Assembly: GCF_000143415.4 (NCBI RefSeq)
Contig: NW_003314326.1
Coordinates: 124,369-188,000, forward strand
Origin: Selaginella moellendorffii
Taxonomy: Eukaryota; Plantae; Lycopodiophyta
DNA: 63,632 bases
Direction: 5' to 3'
This document shows, piece after piece, positions 29,593-38,669 of the stretch; within the stretch, counting starts at the first letter, position 1, and each line of letters opens with the position of its first letter. A program made the translations under genes and the position numbers. The notes below the pieces were generated by a model. That model worked only from the letters and a program-made list of their open reading frames with translations. It had not been told where the DNA came from and did not search any database.

Positions 29593-31539
29593 TTACACGG
29601 GGAGAATGTTAGATAGAAGCACGTAGGACGAGTCATGGAGCAATGGGTCCATGCGAATAAGTTGCATAGCGGCTCTAGATCCCCGGCCCGCATCCTTGGA
29701 TGTTTGACAGGAAGCCAGGAGGGTTTTCCACGCAACATTGTCGGGCGCAAACGGCATGCCACGAATGACTTCTTCCGCCTCGGCTCCCACTCCTGCTCGT
29801 CCTAGGAGATCTATCAAGCATGCGTAATGCTCGGCAGCGGGTGCCAATCCAAAGTCATGCAACATAGACAAGAAGTAGTCGAGACCGGTCGCAAGCAAGC
29901 CTGAGTGGCTGCAAGCGTGCAACATAACAGTGATGGTGATCCCATCCGGTTGTACATACGCCATTGTCATCACTCTGAAAAACTCCACGGCCGTGGCGCC
30001 GTGCCCGTGTTTTGCAAGAGCAGCGAGGATGGAGTTCCAGGCGGCCACAGCCAGCACCGAGTGCCGCTGCATCCTTTCAAACACCGTGGTGGCGTCATCC
30101 AAGCGCCCGCATTTGGCATACATGCACACGAGAGCAGTGCCGGACACGGGGTGGCCGTCGAGGCCGCGAGCAGCTACCTCGGTGTGCACGGCCCTCGACG
30201 TGGCCTCGTCCTTGAGCGCGCTGCACGCTGCTACAACCACAGCAAATGTAGCCGCATCCGGCATCACTCCCTCAGCTCTCATCCGCTGGTGAAGCCGGAG
30301 TGCTTCTTCCGCCTCTCCAGCCTCGACAGTGGCAGTGAGCATGGCGTTCCATGACACCACGTCTTTGGGCGTCAGCTTGTTAAAGACTGCTGCGGCCTCC
30401 AGCAGGCAGCCGCATCGGGCGTACATGCACACCAGAGCTGTTCCAACCACGGGGTTTTGGTCGTGGCCAGCAACTCGGATCCGTGTATGGACGCCCCTTC
30501 CCACTGCCAGGCCTCGGCCTCGATCCTCAAGCTGGCAGCACGCAGCACAGAGGGCAGACAGTGTCATTTCGTCCGGCTGCATGCCGTCCAAGTTCATGGC
30601 CAGGAACATCTTCAGCGACTCGTCACCCCGCTCGTGCTGGACATAGGCCGAGATGATCGATGTCCACGACACACGGCTCTTGTCTTGGATGTTGTCGAAC
30701 ACTCTCCTGGCCTCTTCTAGGCAGTGGCACCTTGAGTACATGCTGATGAGAGCGTTTTGGAGCACGGTTTGGGAGGCAAAGCCGGACGCAGCCGCTCGCG
30801 CGTGGACCGCCCGGCCTCTTAAGACGGTTTTAAGTCCCGGTCCCTGCTCGGACAAGGCACCGACGACCGCTACAAATGTCACTGCATTTGGCTGCACGCC
30901 TTCCAAGTTCATGCGGAGGTAGATGAGGCATGCCTCAACGTTGAAGCGGTTGTGGTGGTTAGCGAGAAGGATGGCATTCCACGAGATGAGGTTTCTCGCG
31001 GCCATGTTCTCAAACACCTGCCTTGCCACCTGAATGCTGCCCGACTTGGCATACATGGTGACGAGGGCGTTTTGTAGCGGAATGTCGAGCTCGTATCCGC
31101 ACGCAACGAGACGAGCATGGATGGCCTGGCCCTCTGCGCCTGCCCCTAGGCTGGAGCACGCGCTGAGCACGCATGACAAGGTGAACGCATCCATGTCTGC
31201 CTGGGCTCCCTCCAGGTCCATAGTGTGGAACAAGCAGAGTCCTTGCTCTTGTTTGCCGTGATCGATATAGGCAGCCAGCATCACCGTCCATGACACACTG
31301 TTCCTTCGCTCTATGCTGTAGAAAGCCTTTCTTGCTCGGTGCAAATCTCCGCACTTGGCATACATTTGCACCAGCAAGTTCCCAATAGCGGTGTCTTTGT
31401 CTTTCTCTATTGCTATCAACCGGGCATGGATGCGTGCCCCTCTTTCTAGCGCCCTTCCACTGATGCACTCCCGTAGGAGCGAAGTGTAAGCCTCACGGTT
31501 GTACACTTCTGGCACTTGGCCCCACAGGTCATGGTTCAT
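29593..31539 (-). CDS. PLS-class PPR protein with E domain, no DYW
   Basis: Repeated MYAKCG/VSWNA/P-L-S triplets and EHYACLIDLLGRAG..MPFAPD. Ends SSYVLLSNILPV. Intronless, 648 aa. Confidence 0.93.
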   Translation of the reverse strand: MNHDLWGQVPEVYNREAYTSLLRECISGRALERGARIHARLIAIEKDKDTAIGNLLVQMYAKCGDLHRARKAFYSIERRNSVSWTVMLAAYIDHGKQEQGLCLFHTMDLEGAQADMDAFTLSCVLSACSSLGAGAEGQAIHARLVACGYELDIPLQNALVTMYAKSGSIQVARQVFENMAARNLISWNAILLANHHNRFNVEACLIYLRMNLEGVQPNAVTFVAVVGALSEQGPGLKTVLRGRAVHARAAASGFASQTVLQNALISMYSRCHCLEEARRVFDNIQDKSRVSWTSIISAYVQHERGDESLKMFLAMNLDGMQPDEMTLSALCAACCQLEDRGRGLAVGRGVHTRIRVAGHDQNPVVGTALVCMYARCGCLLEAAAVFNKLTPKDVVSWNAMLTATVEAGEAEEALRLHQRMRAEGVMPDAATFAVVVAACSALKDEATSRAVHTEVAARGLDGHPVSGTALVCMYAKCGRLDDATTVFERMQRHSVLAVAAWNSILAALAKHGHGATAVEFFRVMTMAYVQPDGITITVMLHACSHSGLLATGLDYFLSMLHDFGLAPAAEHYACLIDLLGRAGVGAEAEEVIRGMPFAPDNVAWKTLLASCQTSKDAGRGSRAAMQLIRMDPLLHDSSYVLLSNILPV

Positions 31540-31561
31540 GAGCTCCTGTAGCTAAGATAGT

Positions 31562-34441
31562 ATGCCCAGTTGGGCCAAATGCTGGAATTCTTCTGTGAAT
31601 GGCTATTTAGCGCTTACGGAGCACCGGATGTCTCTTCAAGAGAAGAGACATGTGCCCCTTCACGTGCAGCTGAGGAACAAGGTATGTGACCTGATTGCAT
31701 CGTTGAAGTCGTGTGGCAGGTCGCGAGATTTGGAGGGAGGGCGACGACTTCACCGGCAAGCAGCTGATTGCGGGCTGGAGCACAACATGTACGTTGCGAG
31801 CAGCCTGGTAGATATGTACGCCAAATGCGGTAGCATGGCAGACGCTCGCAGCGTCTTCGACGGGATGCCCCGGCCTCCTGACTTGGTGCTATGGAATGCA
31901 CTGCTGTGGGGATATGCTACCAATGGCGAGGGAGAGATGGTTTTGCTGCTTCTTAAGGTAATGAACGTAAAGCACCACTGCTGCCCCCTGCCAGATGCCC
32001 AAACCTTCACTGCGGGTCTCAAGGCGTGTGCCTCTCTGGCGAATCAAGAAGAGGACTCTCAGCTAGGGGCTGTGAAGATGGTGTCACTAGAAAAGGCGAT
32101 GTTTATTGCCTCTCGAGCTTCCAGAATATGCAAGGATGATGACAGGCTCCTAGCCAACACACTCATCAGCGTCTATGGCAAGTGTGGGAGCCCAGTCGAC
32201 TCCCACATGGTGTTTGATAGGTTGCTGCGGCCAGATGCTGTGTCATGGACCGCGCTCATTCTCAGCTATGCTGACAACGGGGACGGCCAATCCGCCCTCA
32301 CACTCTTCCAACACATGCAAGCAGATCGGAGCCATCCACCACCAAACGGGCGCACCTTTGTTGCTGTGCTCAAATCGTGTGCAAATTGCCTGGCAGCAAA
32401 CGAGGAGGTGACGTTAATCGATGGTAAGCTCGTCAAGCTTGCGGCTCTGGAGGTAGGCATGGCTGTTCATGCTCAGCTGCTGCTCATAAGCTCCAAGCCC
32501 GACAGGTACGTGGTGAGCTCACTCATGGATATGTACGTCAAATGTGGGAGCTTTGCCGATGCCTGTCTAGTGTTTGACGCTGCCTGGTCTAGACGTAACG
32601 TTGATCTCGTGTCATGGACCGTGCTGGTGCTGGGCTATGCTGGTGAAGGCAAGGCAGAGGCAGCTCTCGAGTGTTTTGAGCTCATGACGCGATGTGCAGG
32701 CTGTGATTCCATGGCTTTTGCTGCTGCGTTGAGAGCTTGCCCCAATGTGGCAGCAGCAACCATCGAGCCAGCAGGCAAGTTACGGGGCCTAGAAAATGGG
32801 ATGGCTCTCCATGCTCACGCAAGAGAGAGGGGCTGCGAGGAAGACAAGGTTGTAGCCAACGCTCTTGTGGATATGTATGCCAAGTGCTGGAGTATGGTCG
32901 ATGCTCAAATGGTCTTTGACGGGATGCGGCAACCTGATCCCAACGCTTGGACTTCACTCATTTTGGGCTATGTTGACAATGGCATGGCTGACTTGGCGCT
33001 GGAATCGTTTGCGTCCATGACTGCCACCTTAGATGCGGGGCTCGCAACTTATACAGCTGCATTCAAGGCTTGTAGCAGTCTGGCAGCGGCCAAAGTGAAT
33101 TCGAGGGGTTGTCAGCGCCTAGCAATTCTGGAGAAAGGCATGGCGCTCCACGCTCATGCTGCCAGCCGCCACAACCTTGCTTATCACACAGTCGTCTCCA
33201 ACAGCCTTGTTGACATGTACGCCAAGTGTGGCAGCGCTGACGATGCAAGCCGAGTGTTTTCCACAATGCTGCAACCGGACGTGGTGTCATGCAATGCACT
33301 CATGTCGGGAGCTGCAATGCCTCGGGTTGCTCTGCAGTTCTTCGAGCTCATGCTACAGAAACAATTAGATGGCTGTCAGCCAGATGCGTGGACGTTTGCC
33401 GCGGCTTTCAAGGCGCTGGCATGTCTTGCGGAAGGAGAACAAGGGTCGGGCATCTCGGAAACAGGAAGGCCTGGCGGCAAACATGTGGTAGCAAAGCTGG
33501 TGTCTCTGGAGCGATGCATGGCCGTTCATGCGCAACTTACACAAACAAAACTATCGGACACGGTGGTTGCCAACGCCCTGCTGGATGTGTATGCCAAGTG
33601 TGGAAGCGTTGCAGACATGCGCCGTGTTTTCGACAGCATCAAATATCACACCGACGTGTCTTGGAATTCACTCATCCGCGGCTGTGCCGTGAATGGCGAG
33701 GCAGAGCTCGCCCTGGCGCTTTCACGACAAAGAGATAGTAAGGCGTCCGATAGTGGGATCCCCGCGGCAAGGGCGTGCGCGGCAGCTCTTTCGGCTTGCT
33801 CAAGTGTGGGGGACTCGGTCGCAACAAAGGCCATACACGCCCGCTTGTACAGGTACCATGATCATGGCCCTCTCGACGATGGCGGGATCCTTGTCACTTG
33901 CCTCGTCGATGCGTATGCAAAGTGCGGCCGCATTGCTGACGCACAGCACGTTTTTGACTCGGCTGCCATCGACAGCATTGACATTGCTGGATGGAATGCT
34001 TTGATCTCGGGATACAGCCGCTCAGGACATGTGAGCGCCGCGTCCGCACTGTTTGATCTCCTAGAGGAGGGCGGGCGTCCTCACCCAGACAGCGTAACAT
34101 TCATCTGCCTTCTCACTGCGTGCAGCCATGGTGGATGCGTGGACAGGGCAAGGCACTACTTGCGAGTGCTGCGTGACAAGTATGGCGCCTGTGCTGGCAT
34201 TGAGCATTACCACTGCGTGGTTGACATGCTTGGCCGGGTGAACGAGCTGGATGCTGCTGTGGAGGTGCTCGAGGCAATGCCCTTTCAGCCCAATGCGGTG
34301 ACTTGGACGCTGCTGCTAGATGCATCTTCCAGATGGAAGTGTGCTGGAGTGGGCCGTGCTGCACTCACATCGCTAGTTTCATTGGGATTAGATTCTGAGG
34401 CTAGCAGCTACGTGCTTTCGGCCAACGTAAACACAGGCTAG
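31562..34441 (+). CDS. PLS-class PPR protein with E domain, no DYW
   Basis: 959-aa ORF with PLS triplets and EHYHCVVDMLGR..MPFQPN. Ends SSYVLSANVNTG. Confidence 0.93.
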   Translation: MPSWAKCWNSSVNGYLALTEHRMSLQEKRHVPLHVQLRNKVCDLIASLKSCGRSRDLEGGRRLHRQAADCGLEHNMYVASSLVDMYAKCGSMADARSVFDGMPRPPDLVLWNALLWGYATNGEGEMVLLLLKVMNVKHHCCPLPDAQTFTAGLKACASLANQEEDSQLGAVKMVSLEKAMFIASRASRICKDDDRLLANTLISVYGKCGSPVDSHMVFDRLLRPDAVSWTALILSYADNGDGQSALTLFQHMQADRSHPPPNGRTFVAVLKSCANCLAANEEVTLIDGKLVKLAALEVGMAVHAQLLLISSKPDRYVVSSLMDMYVKCGSFADACLVFDAAWSRRNVDLVSWTVLVLGYAGEGKAEAALECFELMTRCAGCDSMAFAAALRACPNVAAATIEPAGKLRGLENGMALHAHARERGCEEDKVVANALVDMYAKCWSMVDAQMVFDGMRQPDPNAWTSLILGYVDNGMADLALESFASMTATLDAGLATYTAAFKACSSLAAAKVNSRGCQRLAILEKGMALHAHAASRHNLAYHTVVSNSLVDMYAKCGSADDASRVFSTMLQPDVVSCNALMSGAAMPRVALQFFELMLQKQLDGCQPDAWTFAAAFKALACLAEGEQGSGISETGRPGGKHVVAKLVSLERCMAVHAQLTQTKLSDTVVANALLDVYAKCGSVADMRRVFDSIKYHTDVSWNSLIRGCAVNGEAELALALSRQRDSKASDSGIPAARACAAALSACSSVGDSVATKAIHARLYRYHDHGPLDDGGILVTCLVDAYAKCGRIADAQHVFDSAAIDSIDIAGWNALISGYSRSGHVSAASALFDLLEEGGRPHPDSVTFICLLTACSHGGCVDRARHYLRVLRDKYGACAGIEHYHCVVDMLGRVNELDAAVEVLEAMPFQPNAVTWTLLLDASSRWKCAGVGRAALTSLVSLGLDSEASSYVLSANVNTG

Positions 34442-34487
34442 CGACTGCAGGTATCACCGCAAATGCCCACACAGGTCATCTGCTTCA

Positions 34488-36632
34488 ATGCCAGGGATCT
34501 GGACTTCCCTACATAGAAATGGATATCGTTGCCGCACCTCCAACGTGGAGCAGCTGGTGGCGCCAGTGTGGAGCCTAATTGCAGCGTTAAAATCCGCGTG
34601 CAGCACAAAGAACCTCGCGTTTGGGAAGCGAGTCCATGCCACAAGTGAGGGGACGCAGCTCTTCGCCTCCAACATCTACGCCGCCAACACCCTTGTCAGC
34701 ATGTATGCCAAGTGCAGCAGTGACATGGCCGATGCGCAAGCGGCATTTGATGCCATAGCCGAGCAGGAGCGCGACGTTGTCTCATGGACCGCACTCGTGC
34801 TGGGATATGCATCCAAAGGCATGGGCCGTGTGGCCTTGGACCTCTTCCAACGCATGCAGCTGGAAGGCGGCTGCGAACCCGATGCCCGGAGCTACACTGC
34901 TGCTTTGATGGCAGTGACCAGCCTAGCACGCGACGACGTTACTTGCAAAAGGTTGTGGCTCGACATCGGCAGAGACCTTCACGTCCAGTCCGTTACCAGC
35001 GGATCATGTGGCTCGGACGTGTTTGTGGCGAGTGCCCTTGTGGACATGTATGCAAAGTGTGGGAGCATGACAGATGCCCGAGCTGTGTTTGACGCAATGC
35101 CGCACCACGATCGCGACGTTGTCACCTGGACGGCCTTGATCCTGGGATATGTGGACAACGGGCAGCCTGCTCAAGCTCTACACGCATTTGCTCAGATGCA
35201 TGATCCGAGTGCTCTGACTTTCGTGGCGGCGCTCAAGGCCTGTGGCAGCCTGGGGGACCTCCACCGCGGGATGCTTATCCATTCTCAAGTTGCCAAGACT
35301 GGTTTGGACTCCAAGGACACGTTTGTCGGGGGCAGCTTGGTTGACATGTACGTTAAATGCGGCAGCCTTGCAGATGCGTGGGAAACTTTCCACAAGATGC
35401 AGCACCGCGATGTCGTGTGCTGGACGAGCATCATCCTTGGCTATGCAGAAGCTGGAGATTGCAAGGTCGCATTCGTCCTGTTTGCATGGATGCAGCTCGA
35501 GGGTTGTCAACCGGACGCCCGATGCTTTGTCGCTGCGCTGACGGCATGCTCTAGACTGGCAGCTGTGGAGGAAGCACAACCAGCCTCTGCGGTCTCGGAT
35601 GGCAAGCATGACTATCTTGGAGATGGTGGTCTAAAGCCTTCAACTCTGAAGTTGAAGGCTTTAGAGAGAGGGATGGGGCTCCACTCCCAAGCCTGGCAAT
35701 GCGGCCACGACGGAGATATGTTCGTTGCAAACGCGCTTGTGGATCTCTACTCCAAGTGCGGAAGCCTTTTAGATGCTCGCGGGACGTTCGACAGGATGTT
35801 CCACCGTGACGTGGTGTCGTGGAATGCCTTGCTCCTGGGATGCGCGGAGAATGAACAGGAGCTATTGGCTCTGGATCTGTTTGCGTGTATGAGGCACGAA
35901 GGTTGCAAGCCGGATGCTCGAACACACGTAGCTCTTCTCGTAGCATGCGGCAATGCAGCTATCAGCTATGGGCGGGAAATACACGCAGAGACATGCCGGA
36001 GTGGCCTCGAGGTCGAGGCATTCGTTGCAAGCTGCTTGGTCGGGTTCTATGGTAAATGTGGGAGCATCGGCAATGCCGTGCGTGTGTTTGAGACGCTAGA
36101 CAGTGTGAGCCTGGTTACATGGAACGCGCTCATGGCTGCTTGCAGCTGCAACTGTGGCTCTAAGCTCGAGCAGCAAGTCACGGTGTTCACCGTGTTTGAA
36201 AGGATGCAAGCTCAGGGTGTAAAGCCAGACGGTGTCACTTTCCTCTGTGTGCTCACCGCGTGCAACCATGAAGGTTTAGTAGACAAAGGCATGGCCTGCT
36301 TCGAGTCCATGTCCTCCAAGCACGGCCTCGACCCAGCCATTCAGCACTACCACTGCATGATTGACATGCTTGGGCGAATGAACCAGCTGCATGCCGCCTT
36401 GGACATGGCTAAGACGATGCCTGTAGAGAAAACATTGGTGACCTGGACCATACTGCTGGATGCATGCAAGAAGTGGAAGAACTTGGCAGTGGCACAAGAG
36501 GCATTTGAGTCACTACTCAAGCTTCCTGGCGGGAACTTGCAGGCGTCCGCATACGTTGTCATGGCAGGACTGTATGGAAGCCTGGGCATGTGGCAGGAGC
36601 AGTCTAAAGTGCTAGCCATGGCTGTCAAGTGA
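34488..36632 (+). CDS. PLS-class PPR protein with E domain, no DYW
   Basis: 714-aa ORF with QHYHCMIDMLGR..SAYVVMAGLYGSLGMW. Confidence 0.93.
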   Translation: MPGIWTSLHRNGYRCRTSNVEQLVAPVWSLIAALKSACSTKNLAFGKRVHATSEGTQLFASNIYAANTLVSMYAKCSSDMADAQAAFDAIAEQERDVVSWTALVLGYASKGMGRVALDLFQRMQLEGGCEPDARSYTAALMAVTSLARDDVTCKRLWLDIGRDLHVQSVTSGSCGSDVFVASALVDMYAKCGSMTDARAVFDAMPHHDRDVVTWTALILGYVDNGQPAQALHAFAQMHDPSALTFVAALKACGSLGDLHRGMLIHSQVAKTGLDSKDTFVGGSLVDMYVKCGSLADAWETFHKMQHRDVVCWTSIILGYAEAGDCKVAFVLFAWMQLEGCQPDARCFVAALTACSRLAAVEEAQPASAVSDGKHDYLGDGGLKPSTLKLKALERGMGLHSQAWQCGHDGDMFVANALVDLYSKCGSLLDARGTFDRMFHRDVVSWNALLLGCAENEQELLALDLFACMRHEGCKPDARTHVALLVACGNAAISYGREIHAETCRSGLEVEAFVASCLVGFYGKCGSIGNAVRVFETLDSVSLVTWNALMAACSCNCGSKLEQQVTVFTVFERMQAQGVKPDGVTFLCVLTACNHEGLVDKGMACFESMSSKHGLDPAIQHYHCMIDMLGRMNQLHAALDMAKTMPVEKTLVTWTILLDACKKWKNLAVAQEAFESLLKLPGGNLQASAYVVMAGLYGSLGMWQEQSKVLAMAVK

Positions 36633-38669
36633 TGATCGAATTCCATCACGAGGAGTATGAGTAGTCGCATTGTCGCCTCCCCGTCCCTTGCTCATCCCCA
36701 GGGAGAACATGTCCGACTTCTCCTTCCACATGCCCACACTGCCGTAGATGTTGCCCATGAGAACGTAAGCGGCATCCTCCGAGTCGTCCAGCTTCATCAC
36801 ACAGTCGAACGCCAGCCTTCCCAGCGCAACCTCCTTCCACTTGTGACAGGCGGACAAGACGGTCATCCACGTCACGAGCTTCGGCTTGAACGGCATTGCC
36901 TTGACCATTGCCACCGCCTCGTGAAGCCGGTTAGCCCGGCCCAGCATGTCGATGGCGACGTGGTAGTGATGAACGTCGGGGTCAACTCTATACTCGGCCA
37001 GCATGCTGCGGAAGCATTTCATCCCCTTATCTACGAGGCCTGCGCGGCTGCATGACGTGAGAAGTGCCGTGAGAGACATCTTGTCTGGCTCGACTTTCTC
37101 GAACACCATTTGATGAAAGAGATCGAACACTTGAGCCGTGGCTCCCTGGCAGCTGTAGCCCGATAGCATGGAGCTCCATGACACCACGTCCTTTCTCACC
37201 ATCCAAGCGAAGACGAGCTCGGCAGCAGTTAGGCTGCCACACCGGCTGTAGCAGTCCACGAGGCAGTTTGCCACAATGGTGTTGCTCTCCACTCCTTGCC
37301 TGCAGATAACGGCGTGAATCTTCTTGGCGGCATCCAGTGCAACGATATTACCGCAGGCAACCAACGCCGCCACAAACGTCTGGGGCCGTGGACTGCAGCC
37401 TTGCTGCTCCATGCACGCGAACAGATGAAGAGCACGCTCGGCTTCTCCATTCTCGGCATAGCCAAGCATCATGGCAGTCCAAGCAACAGCATCTCGCGCT
37501 TGAGTGCTGTCAAACACCTTCTTGGCATCAAGCAGGCTCCCACACTTCGAATACATGTCGATGAGCGTGTTTGCCACAAACGGGACAGAGTCACAGCCAC
37601 TTGTTCTCGACTGAGAGTGGACGTCCATACCCCTCTCCAGGCATCGTAACTTCACAAGCCTTCCATCGACCAGCCGCCCTTCTTCCTTGGTTGCAAGGCT
37701 AGCACAAGCCATGAGAGCTGCGACGTAAAGCCGAGAGTTGGGAACAAAGTCCTGTTGATCTTGCATGACGCTGAAAAGCATAAGTGCTGTTTCGGGCTCT
37801 CCATTCTCGACATATCCCAGAGTCAAGACTGTCCACGACACAATGCTATGGCACGGAATCCTGTCAAAAACAGCGTGGGCTTGAGGCATGCTCCCACACT
37901 TTGACAAGAGGTCCATGAGCGTGTTGGCCACGAACACGTCGAAGCACCCGTTAGTTGACGCTTGCCAGAATATAGCCATGCCTCTGTCCATGCACCTCTT
38001 TCTGTTGTCAACTCTCTTGCCTTCCTCCTTGGCAACCAAGCTCGCACAGGCCACGAGAGCAGCAAGATAGGTGCGCCCGTCCGGCAGGCAACCCTCGTCC
38101 GCCATGCGCGAGAAGAGTTCCAAGGCTTCCCCGCCTCGTCCATTCTCCGTATACGCCAGGATAAGTGTTGTCCACGACACGGCATCCCGGCGCTGCAACT
38201 TTTCAAACTCGGCACGAGCCTCCACCAGGCTTCCACACTTGGCATACATATTCACAAGCGAGTTTAAAGCGTAGCTGTCCTCTCCATCGCCCGTCAGGTG
38301 TCCCTGTTCAAGAGCATCAGCCTGGATCCTCTTGCCAGTCCCGAGTTCCTTGAGAGTGCCAGACGCCTTGAATGCAGCTAGGACCGTCTGCCTGACTTGG
38401 TAGCGATGCTCCTGTGCAGCTTGCTTTCCTCCGAGCACCAGCGGGCCGTCATCTCCAATCATGGGTTGCCTCCAACTCCATGTGTGGATCCGCGTCCACA
38501 AAGCCCTTGGCGGCCTGCATCCCTGCTGTGGAGCCAAGTGTGGGCACCGAGGCATACACCGCTCCTTCGCCCCCAACAAATAGAAACTTGAGCAAAATAT
38601 CAGACCCCAAGAGCGGCAGCCGAGGTTCTCCGCCTCATGGCCACCAACACCTCGAACTGCTCTTGCCAC
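36612..38669 (-). CDS. PLS-class PPR protein with E domain, no DYW (true start probably downstream, e.g. MIGDD at ~38462)
   Basis: 685-aa ORF with HHYHVAIDMLGRAN..MPFKP..AAYVLMGNIYGSVGMW. Confidence 0.9.
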   Translation of the reverse strand: MARAVRGVGGHEAENLGCRSWGLIFCSSFYLLGAKERCMPRCPHLAPQQGCRPPRALWTRIHTWSWRQPMIGDDGPLVLGGKQAAQEHRYQVRQTVLAAFKASGTLKELGTGKRIQADALEQGHLTGDGEDSYALNSLVNMYAKCGSLVEARAEFEKLQRRDAVSWTTLILAYTENGRGGEALELFSRMADEGCLPDGRTYLAALVACASLVAKEEGKRVDNRKRCMDRGMAIFWQASTNGCFDVFVANTLMDLLSKCGSMPQAHAVFDRIPCHSIVSWTVLTLGYVENGEPETALMLFSVMQDQQDFVPNSRLYVAALMACASLATKEEGRLVDGRLVKLRCLERGMDVHSQSRTSGCDSVPFVANTLIDMYSKCGSLLDAKKVFDSTQARDAVAWTAMMLGYAENGEAERALHLFACMEQQGCSPRPQTFVAALVACGNIVALDAAKKIHAVICRQGVESNTIVANCLVDCYSRCGSLTAAELVFAWMVRKDVVSWSSMLSGYSCQGATAQVFDLFHQMVFEKVEPDKMSLTALLTSCSRAGLVDKGMKCFRSMLAEYRVDPDVHHYHVAIDMLGRANRLHEAVAMVKAMPFKPKLVTWMTVLSACHKWKEVALGRLAFDCVMKLDDSEDAAYVLMGNIYGSVGMWKEKSDMFSLGMSKGRGGDNATTHTPRDGIRSSLDSHG